Shown here: positions 17,355-26,627 of the stretch, piece by piece | How the letters are laid out: each line of letters opens with the position of its first letter | How positions within the stretch are numbered: the stretch's first letter is position 1 | From: Fidelibacterota bacterium | GTDB lineage: Bacteria; Fidelibacterota; Marinisomatia; Marinisomatales; UBA1611 | Reading direction: 5' to 3' | Assembly: GCA_016784605.1 (NCBI GenBank) | Contig: JADHUI010000006.1 | Coordinates: 2,476 to 66,475 of the forward strand | DNA: 64,000 bases | Notes under the pieces: generated by a model | The model's database searches: none | Told to the model about the DNA's origin: nothing | The model's input: only the letters and a program-made list of their open reading frames with translations | Program-made: the position numbers and the translations under genes

Positions 17355-20300
17355 ATGAAACACAAATTATTATTAATAAGCATTTTTACAGTAGCAGTCA
17401 GTTTGGCGGCGGATATTCCAACATCAAAAGTTGAAGATGGTTTTTCATTTCGAGGGATTCAAAATGGAAAACAAACAATCGGATTTGAAAATATCAACTT
17501 TTCTTTAAAAACAATTGAACATTCTGGCAAAGTATATCAGAAACCGGAATTATCATCTGCTGGATCTGTTGCTGAAGAAGGTGAACCGTATTTACCGTCA
17601 GTTACAACCTATTATGCTATTGAGCCTGGAAAAACATTCCAAGCTCAAATTGAGATTTTGGAATCTGAAGTCATTGAAAATATCAATATCATTCCGTTCC
17701 ATGGCTGGGATAAGGATTCATTTGATCCCGAAACACCTTTAGTTAGAAATGCGTCTCTTTATTCTGTTAATCAAAATTTCCCTGATAATATTGTTCAAGT
17801 ATCTGAACCTATCGTCATGAGAGAATTAACGATGGTTAAAGTGACTATTACACCTTTTCAGTATAATCCCGTCACACAAGAATTAACGGTTATTCATGAA
17901 GCTAATATTACAATGGAAGCTAATGGAACAATTGATGCAGGGTTTCGCCCAGCAACTCGTTCACGCGCTTTTGAGCCTATGTATAAATCATTGCTTGTTA
18001 ATTATGAAGACTACAACAGAGATGGAGTCTCTTATCAGCGCCCATCTATTTTATATGTTATTCCTTCCAATATTGGCAATCTAATGTCAACGATTGAATT
18101 ATTGATGGATTGGAAACACCGATTAGGGTATGAAGTCAATTATGTATCCAGTTCAAATGTTGTAAATAACACGACCAATTTAAAAAACTACATAGAAGAT
18201 GCTTATGAAACATGGGATAATCCACCGGAATATGTGACTTTCTTTGGAGATGCTAGTGGCACGTATGATATTCCAACTTATTATGAAAATTGGAGTGGTT
18301 ATAATGGAGAAGGAGATCATCCATATTCTCAATTGGAAGGATCCGATATTTTCCCTGAAGTATTTCTCGGAAGAATGTCCTTCTCAACTCAATCTCATTT
18401 AAACACGATTGTTTCAAAAATATTGAATTATGAATCTTCACCTTATATGGGAGAAGATTGGTTTACAAGAGCCTGTTTAGTGGGCGATCCATCTACATCT
18501 GGGATTTCATGTGTTATTACAAATGAAAACATTAATTCTATTTTAGATTTAAACGGGTATACTGATGTGAATACTGTTTATAGCGGATCCTTTCCTTCTC
18601 AAATGGTTAGTGGGATAAATGAAGGAATTTCATTTTTTAATTACCGTGGATATTACGGCGTAAGTGGCTTTACAAGCTCAAATGTAAATAGCACGACGAA
18701 TGGATTTATGCTTCCCGTAGCAACGGTTATTACTTGTGGAACAGGTTCATTTGGTGGTGATTCCATTGCTGAATCATTTCTTCGAGCAGGAACAGCTTCT
18801 AATCCTAAAGGAGCTGTTGCAAGTATTGGCACAGCTACTACTGGAACGCATACCATGTTTAATAACTTAGTGGACATGGGTTTTTATTATGGAATATTTA
18901 TAGATGAAATAGAAACGGCTGGTGCGGCTTTAATGCAAGGTAAATTGTATTTAGCCAAGGGGTATCCATCAAATCCAAATGATTTTGTGTCTATTTTTAC
19001 ACACTGGAATAGTTTAATGGGAGATGCTTCGCTTCAAATGTGGACTGAATTTCCATCTACCTTTAATGTGGATTATGAAAGTTGGGTGATGTCCGGGACA
19101 AACTACATGGATATACATGTAGGTAATGGGCCTGTTTCAGTTAAAGATGCCTGGGTAACCATTCTGAGAGATGGAGACATTTTTGAATCAGGATATACAA
19201 ACCAATCTGGAAATGTAACGCTAAATATTCCTTCATCGGATGAAGGTGAAGTATTAATCACTGTTTCTAAAAGAAATCATGTCCCGTATCAAGGTTCCTT
19301 CCAAATATATAATCCCAGTGTGAATGTAAATCTCGTGGAAGATTATGTAACGTTTAACGATGATAACAATGGCCAGTCCTCTGGAAATAATGATGGAATG
19401 ATAAATGGGGGTGAAACGATTGAGTTATATATTCCATTTAAAAATTATGGAAGTGAAACAGCCAATGAATTAAGTGTATTTCTTTCAACCGATAATTCTC
19501 AAGTAAATTTTGTGAATGGTGAATTAACAATTGGAAGTATCGATGTGCAGCAAATGGTCATACCAGAAACGCCATTTGTTTTAACCATAGAAAATGGTGT
19601 AAGTGAAGGAATAGATATTCCCATTATGGTGAATATTTCTGATAATAATGGCGGCTCATGGACTGGATTAGTTCATCTTCAAACCCGAGGTAATAATATT
19701 ACAGCTCATGATGTGAATGTATTAGGAAGTAGCGATAATGTTTTAGAATCTGGGCAAACATCTCAAGTTGAAATAATTTTATCCAATAGTGGCTCAACGA
19801 ATGCGGTCGCATTAACGGGAACCATTATTAGCCCTTCTCCCATGATTGAAATTGTGGATAATATTGGTACTTGGACCATGATTGGAGCAGGTTCTGTTGG
19901 ATCAAATTCAACCAATACATTTGAAATATCTGTTTTAGAAGGGACAATCCCAGGAACAATGGTACACCTTATCATGTATCTAGAATCCAGTGATGGCTAT
20001 GAAACGAATATTGTTGTGCCAATTCAAATTGGAGTTCCATCTATTTATGATCCCTTAGGACCAGATGATTATGGCTACTATATATATGACAGCGGTGATG
20101 CCTTATATAATTTGGCTCCGTATTACTCTTGGATTGAAATTGACGACCGCCAAGGTGGACTGGGATTTCACCTTAATTCATTAACGGATTCTGGTAACAA
20201 TGGTGATGATGTTGAAACGGTTACTCTTCCATTTTCTTTCAAATTTTATGGACAATCCTATGACGAGATAAGTATTTGCAGTAATGGATGGATCGCTATG

Positions 20301-20945
20301 GGTGAATCCACTTTGGAATCTTTTAGGAATTATGAATTACCTGGACCAACAGGCCCGTCTCCAATGATAGCTGGTTTTTGGGATGATTTAAAATTAACGA
20401 ATGGGGGGCGTGTTTATACGTATTACGATCAAGCAAATCATCAATATATCGTTGAATGGTCACAAGTTAGAACATACCAAAATAATTCAACAAACACCTT
20501 TCAAATTATATTGAGAGATCCCGCTTATTATTTTGGACCAACCGGCGACGGTGAAATATTGATTCAGTATAAAGACTTTAATAACACATCCTATGGCAAT
20601 TATGGGTGGGGACAAACTCATGGAAATTATGCCACTGTAGGGATTGAAGATCATACAATGACAATTGGATTAACCTATACTTGGAATGACCAATACCCAA
20701 CAGCCGCTATGGAACTTGGAGATGAAACCGCAATCCTTATTACGACACGCGGCAGTGAAGTTCGTTTATTTGGTGATTTAAATATGGACGAAGTGATTGA
20801 CTTATTCGACATTTTAGGATTGGTTGATTATATTCTGGGTTCAGGGTCACCTATAAACCCGTATTTAGGAGATATTAACCAAGATGGAATGATCAATGTT
20901 CTTGATATGCTTGGTTTGGTCCAAATAGTGATGGGGTGGCAATAA
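17355..20945 (+). CDS. Gingipain-like C25 family protein with propeptide and C-terminal dockerin
   Basis: Signal peptide, C25 propeptide (GEPYLPS), WKHRLGY, PEYVTFFGD, DHPY, FLGRMS, NYRGY, ITCGTG, LMGD; C-terminal GDLNMD..DLFD and GDINQDG.INVLD dockerin pair. Confidence 0.85.
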   Translation: MKHKLLLISIFTVAVSLAADIPTSKVEDGFSFRGIQNGKQTIGFENINFSLKTIEHSGKVYQKPELSSAGSVAEEGEPYLPSVTTYYAIEPGKTFQAQIEILESEVIENINIIPFHGWDKDSFDPETPLVRNASLYSVNQNFPDNIVQVSEPIVMRELTMVKVTITPFQYNPVTQELTVIHEANITMEANGTIDAGFRPATRSRAFEPMYKSLLVNYEDYNRDGVSYQRPSILYVIPSNIGNLMSTIELLMDWKHRLGYEVNYVSSSNVVNNTTNLKNYIEDAYETWDNPPEYVTFFGDASGTYDIPTYYENWSGYNGEGDHPYSQLEGSDIFPEVFLGRMSFSTQSHLNTIVSKILNYESSPYMGEDWFTRACLVGDPSTSGISCVITNENINSILDLNGYTDVNTVYSGSFPSQMVSGINEGISFFNYRGYYGVSGFTSSNVNSTTNGFMLPVATVITCGTGSFGGDSIAESFLRAGTASNPKGAVASIGTATTGTHTMFNNLVDMGFYYGIFIDEIETAGAALMQGKLYLAKGYPSNPNDFVSIFTHWNSLMGDASLQMWTEFPSTFNVDYESWVMSGTNYMDIHVGNGPVSVKDAWVTILRDGDIFESGYTNQSGNVTLNIPSSDEGEVLITVSKRNHVPYQGSFQIYNPSVNVNLVEDYVTFNDDNNGQSSGNNDGMINGGETIELYIPFKNYGSETANELSVFLSTDNSQVNFVNGELTIGSIDVQQMVIPETPFVLTIENGVSEGIDIPIMVNISDNNGGSWTGLVHLQTRGNNITAHDVNVLGSSDNVLESGQTSQVEIILSNSGSTNAVALTGTIISPSPMIEIVDNIGTWTMIGAGSVGSNSTNTFEISVLEGTIPGTMVHLIMYLESSDGYETNIVVPIQIGVPSIYDPLGPDDYGYYIYDSGDALYNLAPYYSWIEIDDRQGGLGFHLNSLTDSGNNGDDVETVTLPFSFKFYGQSYDEISICSNGWIAMGESTLESFRNYELPGPTGPSPMIAGFWDDLKLTNGGRVYTYYDQANHQYIVEWSQVRTYQNNSTNTFQIILRDPAYYFGPTGDGEILIQYKDFNNTSYGNYGWGQTHGNYATVGIEDHTMTIGLTYTWNDQYPTAAMELGDETAILITTRGSEVRLFGDLNMDEVIDLFDILGLVDYILGSGSPINPYLGDINQDGMINVLDMLGLVQIVMGWQ

Positions 20946-20965
20946 CGCTATAAAATATTTGGCTA

Positions 20966-22147
20966 ATGACTGTTTTCCCATTAATCATACTTGGGTTTTT
21001 ATTGTTATTCCTGTTGGGGGCAGGTTTGCTAGAATTCCAGTTTCATCAACGTGCGATTGCCACGATTCCTTTAAGAATTCATGTAAATGGAACTCGAGGT
21101 AAATCAAGTGTAACACGGCTTATTGCAGCAGGATTGCGTGCGGGAGGTTTGCGAACATTTGCAAAAACAACTGGTACTGCTCCTCGCGTGATTGATATGG
21201 ATGGGAAAGACCGAATTATACATCGATTAAGATTACCATCCATTGGTGAACAAGTGAGACTAATGTCCTTTTTCTCGAAAGAAAAACCTGATGCAATGGT
21301 TATGGAATGCATGGCCGTCCAACCGCAATATCAATGGATAGCCGAGCATCAAATGATTCAATCCCATATTGGCGTTATTACAAATACGCGACCAGATCAT
21401 TTGGAAGAAATGGGACCAACAGAAGAAGATGTTGCATTTTCTTTATGCAATACCATACCCGAAAAAGGGTCTTTTATCACTGGAGAAGTTGAGAAATATT
21501 CCATATTAAAGAATGTAGCTGATTCATTAGATACATCATGCAAATTATCAGATGAATCCACTATAACTGAAGATGAATTGAATGGGTTCACCTATTTAGA
21601 ACATCCCCAAAATGTAGCAGTTGCGCTAGATGTTTGTAACGTAGTTGGGATCGAGAGAAATATAGCTTTAAAAGGGATGCAGAATGTGCAGCCAGACTTG
21701 GGCGCCTTAGTCGTTTGGAAATGCGGCTTTGGCGACAAAACAATATCATTCGTCAATGGAATGGCAGCCAATGATCCCGTCTCAACCTTACAAATTTGGA
21801 AATTTATTATTGACCGATATCCTGCAGAAGGTGGGACGTGTATTTTATTAAATTCACGTGAAGATCGCCCAGTTCGCACTCGGCAAATGATTGAATTAAC
21901 GCTTGAGCATATAAAACCCGATCATTTTATTGTGCGGGGGAATAAAGTAAGTGCATTGTTAGATCGTCTTCACCACCATTCACCCATGACACAATTCCAT
22001 ACGATTGGATTAGACAAACCAACACAACAAACTATCAACATGATAGACCGATTGCCCAATGATTCTTTGGTTTATGCCATTGGGAATCAAGTCGGAGCGG
22101 GACAAGAAATATTAAACCAGTTAAACCGGGTTAGAGTAAATGGTTGA
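20966..22147 (+). CDS. pgsB: Poly-gamma-glutamate synthase PgsB/CapB
   Basis: RIHVNGTRGKSSVTRLIAAGL, AKTTG, IGEQ, ECMAVQP, ITNTRPDH.EEMGPT, AANDP, NSREDR. Confidence 0.95.
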   Translation: MTVFPLIILGFLLLFLLGAGLLEFQFHQRAIATIPLRIHVNGTRGKSSVTRLIAAGLRAGGLRTFAKTTGTAPRVIDMDGKDRIIHRLRLPSIGEQVRLMSFFSKEKPDAMVMECMAVQPQYQWIAEHQMIQSHIGVITNTRPDHLEEMGPTEEDVAFSLCNTIPEKGSFITGEVEKYSILKNVADSLDTSCKLSDESTITEDELNGFTYLEHPQNVAVALDVCNVVGIERNIALKGMQNVQPDLGALVVWKCGFGDKTISFVNGMAANDPVSTLQIWKFIIDRYPAEGGTCILLNSREDRPVRTRQMIELTLEHIKPDHFIVRGNKVSALLDRLHHHSPMTQFHTIGLDKPTQQTINMIDRLPNDSLVYAIGNQVGAGQEILNQLNRVRVNG

Positions 22148-22583
22148 AGTTTCCATTGGTTTAGGCATTGTACTCAGTTTAATCTTATCTGAATCTTTAG
22201 GGGTTACAGCCGGAGGCATTATTGTTCCAGGATATATTTCTCTTTATTTACATGAACCGTTACAAGTATTAATCACGTTTGCGGTTGCTGCGATTGTATA
22301 TGGAATTATACATTTATTAAGTAAAGTGATGTTTCTGTATGGGAAAAGACGATTGGTTTTAGCTTTGATTCTAGGCTTTTTTCTGGGATATATTTCTCGA
22401 CATTTTATTTATTCCCCTTTTGATGAATTGTCATTTGCTGTGATTGGGAATATTATTCCTGGACTTATTGCAAATTGGATGGATCGCCAAGGAGTTGTGC
22501 GGACATTATCGGTTGTAATTGTAACAGCTGTCCTCGTGAAATTGCTTGTCATGATGTTTTTTGGGGGACAACTCTTTGTTTGA
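22140..22583 (+). CDS. pgsC: Poly-gamma-glutamate biosynthesis membrane protein PgsC/CapC
   Basis: GIVLSL..SE..GVTAGGIIVPGY, LYGKRR, IGNIIPGLIANWMDRQG. Confidence 0.95.
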   Translation: MVEVSIGLGIVLSLILSESLGVTAGGIIVPGYISLYLHEPLQVLITFAVAAIVYGIIHLLSKVMFLYGKRRLVLALILGFFLGYISRHFIYSPFDELSFAVIGNIIPGLIANWMDRQGVVRTLSVVIVTAVLVKLLVMMFFGGQLFV

Positions 22584-23727
22584 TTATAAAAAACAGCCCT
22601 TTATTCCAATGATTCAAAAAACATCCACTCTAGTAGGTCTTGCCCTTTTAAGCATCCTGTGTTTCACATTTGCTATTTCTAATAAAGTAATTCATGTATC
22701 TCCTACATATGATTTAAAAGTAAAAGCCGCGGAACTTATGAAACAGGGTATGGCAGACCTTAAAAAAGCACGTATGGAAAAAGGAATTTTTGTGGATTTA
22801 GAAAATGATCCCAATGAAACTGGATTGATTGGAAGCCCTTTTAGTTTGACAACAACTGACGAAGGTGACTTAGACGCTAAACTTACCACGCTTGATCCAA
22901 ATTTATCTGCTGCTATGGTTGAGTTATATCACCAAGCAGGACTCAAAGCGGGTGATACAGTTGCCGTTTTATTAACAGGTTCAATGCCTGGTGGAAATAT
23001 TGCAGTGTTAACAGCCTGTGAAACGATGGATATAACCCCAATTACAATTACATCTGTAGGCGCTTCTCAATGGGGAGCGAATCATGAAGATTTTACATGG
23101 TTAGATATGGAAAAGCACCTTTATGATAATCAATCTATTTCATTTCGAAGTATTGCTGCGTCCATTGGCGGTAGAAATGATATGGGGAGACTATTGAGTC
23201 CTAAAGGACGTGAGCTGATTACTAAGAATATTGAATTACATGATTTGCCATTAATTCATTATAATCGGTTGAAAAACAATATTCAAGAACGATTAAGACT
23301 ATTCTCGAATGTCAAAAATATTAAATCCTATGACGCATTCATTAATGTTGGTGGCGGTGTTGCAAGTTTAGGGACATCTTTTAATCACAGATTATTGCCA
23401 CCGGGAGTGGTTCATCGAAATGATGTGACCGACATTACTCGTCCGGGAGGCATCGAAGGTGTTTTATCACATTTTGCAAAACAGAATGTGCCTATTATTC
23501 ATATTTTAAACATTAAAGCACTTACTGAATCATTGAACCTCCCGTTTGCGCCCATCCCTCTTCCGGAAATTGGATCAGGTAAATTGTATGCTGATGAAAC
23601 ATATAATCTCATTATTACATTTATCGCTTTTTTGATTATTGCAGGTGCTGTGGTTGGAGTCGGTATTCATAGTAAGAAAAAAATTAAGGAACATTTATTG
23701 CAACATGAACCAGACAGTCTTTTATAG
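22576..23727 (+). CDS. pgsW: Poly-gamma-glutamate system protein (PgsW-type), TM at both ends
   Basis: DPNETGLIG, TTTDEG.L.AK.TT..PN, TGSMPG.NIA, SVGASQWGAN, SIGG..D.G, INVGGG, HILNI; start is TTG 22576 or 22561. Confidence 0.8.
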   Translation: MFDYKKQPFIPMIQKTSTLVGLALLSILCFTFAISNKVIHVSPTYDLKVKAAELMKQGMADLKKARMEKGIFVDLENDPNETGLIGSPFSLTTTDEGDLDAKLTTLDPNLSAAMVELYHQAGLKAGDTVAVLLTGSMPGGNIAVLTACETMDITPITITSVGASQWGANHEDFTWLDMEKHLYDNQSISFRSIAASIGGRNDMGRLLSPKGRELITKNIELHDLPLIHYNRLKNNIQERLRLFSNVKNIKSYDAFINVGGGVASLGTSFNHRLLPPGVVHRNDVTDITRPGGIEGVLSHFAKQNVPIIHILNIKALTESLNLPFAPIPLPEIGSGKLYADETYNLIITFIAFLIIAGAVVGVGIHSKKKIKEHLLQHEPDSLL

Positions 23728-24589
23728 AAAAACCATCTTATCCATTTTTTGTATCCTATTTACAGGTACGCTAGATGCGAAATTATTGAAACCTTCAGAA
23801 AATGGGGAAAAGAAAGAAATACTGATTATTAATAAAAAAAGACGTATTTATTATCCTATTCAAGATGAAGGATTAGTGTATTCAGTTAATGGCCCCGTAC
23901 GACTAGAATTTATTTCACGGTTCCCTGTTTTGAAAAAAAATAAAAAAAGTCATTCATTTCAGTACAAAATTATCGTGGATACTAAAGATACGATTCAAGT
24001 AAATCATCGTTACAAAATTCAAAAAAGGATTAAATCCGTTCAACATCCAAAGCATAATTATACTTATTCAGGAAATTATTTTATTAATATTCCAAAAGGG
24101 GAGCACCAAATTCAATTGCTCTCTTCGGGAAAATCTAAATACCCAGTTCTTTCGCGTGTTTTAGCAAAAGAATTTGAACAAGTTGGAGAAGATCAAAAAC
24201 GAATCATTATGCCCATGGTTCATAAATCGGCTATTCCTTTAACTATCCAGGGTAAAAAGATGGCCTATTTTGAATGTTCCCAAGATATTCCGCTACAGAT
24301 AGAATCCAAGGGACCTAAATTGATCAAAATATTAAGCCGGTTATCTTTTAATGAATGGATGGGACAAGAATCATCCTATCGTATTAGAGTTAGAAGTGGA
24401 CAAAAAGTAGTTGGAACTTTCTATTTTAATACAGAAAGATCATCTGAAACAACCATACCTGACCATCCCGAATGGGTGCCGGGGAAATGGCGATCCTGTG
24501 AAATTAAAGTTCCAAAAGGGAAACATATTTATACGATTGAAGTTCTGGATGTAAATAAAACTGTTTTGGCCCGCTTTATTGAGTATTAA
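23705..24589 (+). CDS. Exported Lys/Arg-rich protein with two tandem similar domains
   Basis: Likely start ATG 23705 with signal peptide ending GTLDA; repeated GP..SR..Y.I.V....I.(I/V)PKG.H....VL.R. Confidence 0.6.
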   Translation: MNQTVFYRKTILSIFCILFTGTLDAKLLKPSENGEKKEILIINKKRRIYYPIQDEGLVYSVNGPVRLEFISRFPVLKKNKKSHSFQYKIIVDTKDTIQVNHRYKIQKRIKSVQHPKHNYTYSGNYFINIPKGEHQIQLLSSGKSKYPVLSRVLAKEFEQVGEDQKRIIMPMVHKSAIPLTIQGKKMAYFECSQDIPLQIESKGPKLIKILSRLSFNEWMGQESSYRIRVRSGQKVVGTFYFNTERSSETTIPDHPEWVPGKWRSCEIKVPKGKHIYTIEVLDVNKTVLARFIEY

Positions 24590-25609
24590 ATGATAAAACA
24601 ACTATCATCCTTATTCTTGATTTCAGCTCTTCTGAGTAATACGCCGACCTATTGGACTTTTGGGCTAGAAAATGGCTACGATTCAAATGTTTTACGTTTC
24701 TCTGAACTAGAAAAAGGAGAAGCTGATCTATATCCTGAAATTATGGGCGGAATGAATACATTTGATTCACATGTGTTGAAAGGGTCACTTTATGGTAAAA
24801 AAGATATTTTTTTAAAGGGGAATGCACTCACAATTACAGGATTAATAGGCCTAACAAATTATTCTCAAGTTGCTTTAAAACAATACGAATCCTATCATCT
24901 GAAAGTAGCCTATAAATTAGGGTCCTATAAAAAAATTGAATATTCCATTAATCATTTAGATCAATATTACTTACGTCATTATATCAATCGAGATATTTCA
25001 TCCACATTTTTAGCGGCTTGTGCGTTTTCTGATCGAGATCAGAAAGTAGGTTTTTCACATCCTTTATTTAAGCGAACATGGGTAAATGTGTGGGGTGGGT
25101 ATTTACAACGATATTATAATGCACCTTTTACAGAATTTGATTTAGATATTTATTATGGACGAATAAAATTAAATCATTCTATACGCCGGTTTGGGAAAGT
25201 CGGGTTTCAATTTGAACAGGGAAGAGCTCATAATAGCACTTTCCAAAATACAGCAAGAGCAAGCGATTTTGATCGAAGTTATTCTTATGCTCAATTTTAT
25301 TTACCCTTGAGTAAAACAAAGCAAAACAAATGGACCGATGGAATCGGAGGGGCTATTCGAGCAGATATTCGATTATATGATGCTGAAAATTTGGGAGATC
25401 CACTCCATGCAGGCAGAAATCATGTGGATATGAAAATTGACTATTGGTTGAAGAAAAGTATAACTGAAACGATATCAATCAAATCAACAGTTCGTCATCG
25501 TTGGAGGAAAACGGACTCTCAGTTTGAGTGGGTAGAATCCCTAAAGAGTTTTAATCAATGGCAAGTTTGGTGCAAAATAGAATGGAATATGATTTATGAT
25601 CAATATTAA
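24590..25609 (+). CDS. Probable outer-membrane beta-barrel protein
   Basis: Signal peptide, N-terminal GYDSNV motif, alternating aromatic beta-strands, aromatic C-terminus WCKIEWNMIYDQY. Confidence 0.55.
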   Translation: MIKQLSSLFLISALLSNTPTYWTFGLENGYDSNVLRFSELEKGEADLYPEIMGGMNTFDSHVLKGSLYGKKDIFLKGNALTITGLIGLTNYSQVALKQYESYHLKVAYKLGSYKKIEYSINHLDQYYLRHYINRDISSTFLAACAFSDRDQKVGFSHPLFKRTWVNVWGGYLQRYYNAPFTEFDLDIYYGRIKLNHSIRRFGKVGFQFEQGRAHNSTFQNTARASDFDRSYSYAQFYLPLSKTKQNKWTDGIGGAIRADIRLYDAENLGDPLHAGRNHVDMKIDYWLKKSITETISIKSTVRHRWRKTDSQFEWVESLKSFNQWQVWCKIEWNMIYDQY

Positions 25610-26627
25610 TAAAACTTTATTAACAAGTGTAATGGGCATCCTCCTTTTATCGGGATGTTTGGAACCTAAAACAGAATCCATATGGGAAGTGGAAACAAGA
25701 TTTGTATTAGATACATCTGGTTTCTGCCGCTTTGTGGATATTCACAATGATACCGCTTATGTTGCAGCCGGACAGGCGGGGGTCCAAATTTGGGATTTGA
25801 ATTCTGTCACAAAAATTATTGGCTTAGATCAATATTCGGCTTCCCAAGACTTAAGTGATATTGCCCAAATAGAATATGCACCAACAGTGAAGAAAATATT
25901 TGCTCTTGAGAATAATAGTCGAGTAGTCATTATGGATGTGATTCATGGTGATTCTCTCGCTGTTTTAGGTGAAGAAATGAGTGAAAAAACACGCGAAATC
26001 CGCATCTTAGAAGGGAGTGAATCTTACATCATTTTAGCGGCTGATAATGATGATGGGTTAAAATGGAATAAATTTGATTATTTTGCTGATTGGGGAATAT
26101 GGTCTAATGTAGCAGGAGATGAATTATCAACTCCGGGAAAGCCCATGGGATTAGATTATTTAGATGGAAATATTGCATTAGCCGTCGATCAACAAGGTGT
26201 GGAATTGTGGCGATTAGATTCGCTGGGTGCTGACCCTGTATTTGTTAATCGATTAGATACACCAGGGAATGCTGAAAAGGTTACGCTTACGGAAACCGGT
26301 TTATTTGTAGCGTGTGATGATGCGGGCGCTCGGCATATTCCGTTAGCCGCATTCGTAGAATCGACGGGGAGAACGGAACCTGTGAATCCATACACACCAA
26401 CACAATTTGCAGAAGATTTAACCGTTGACCATATTGCTGTTTCCGGGGATATAGCCGTATTATCCGTTGGGGGGAAAGGGATTGCCATATATGATATTTC
26501 CAATCCGAGGAGTCCCGAACCGAGAGGCATATTTGATGTTGGTTATACCTACTATTCCACATTTTGGAATGAATCTTTAGTTGTTTGCACGCGCGAAGGC
26601 TTAATTATTTTAAACATTATTCAATGA
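25596..26627 (+). CDS. LVIVD-repeat beta-propeller lipoprotein
   Basis: Lipobox LLSGC; repeats AYVAAGQAGVQIWD, AVDQQGVELW, FVACDDAG, LSVGGKGIAIYDISNP. Confidence 0.75.
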   Translation: MININKTLLTSVMGILLLSGCLEPKTESIWEVETRFVLDTSGFCRFVDIHNDTAYVAAGQAGVQIWDLNSVTKIIGLDQYSASQDLSDIAQIEYAPTVKKIFALENNSRVVIMDVIHGDSLAVLGEEMSEKTREIRILEGSESYIILAADNDDGLKWNKFDYFADWGIWSNVAGDELSTPGKPMGLDYLDGNIALAVDQQGVELWRLDSLGADPVFVNRLDTPGNAEKVTLTETGLFVACDDAGARHIPLAAFVESTGRTEPVNPYTPTQFAEDLTVDHIAVSGDIAVLSVGGKGIAIYDISNPRSPEPRGIFDVGYTYYSTFWNESLVVCTREGLIILNIIQ

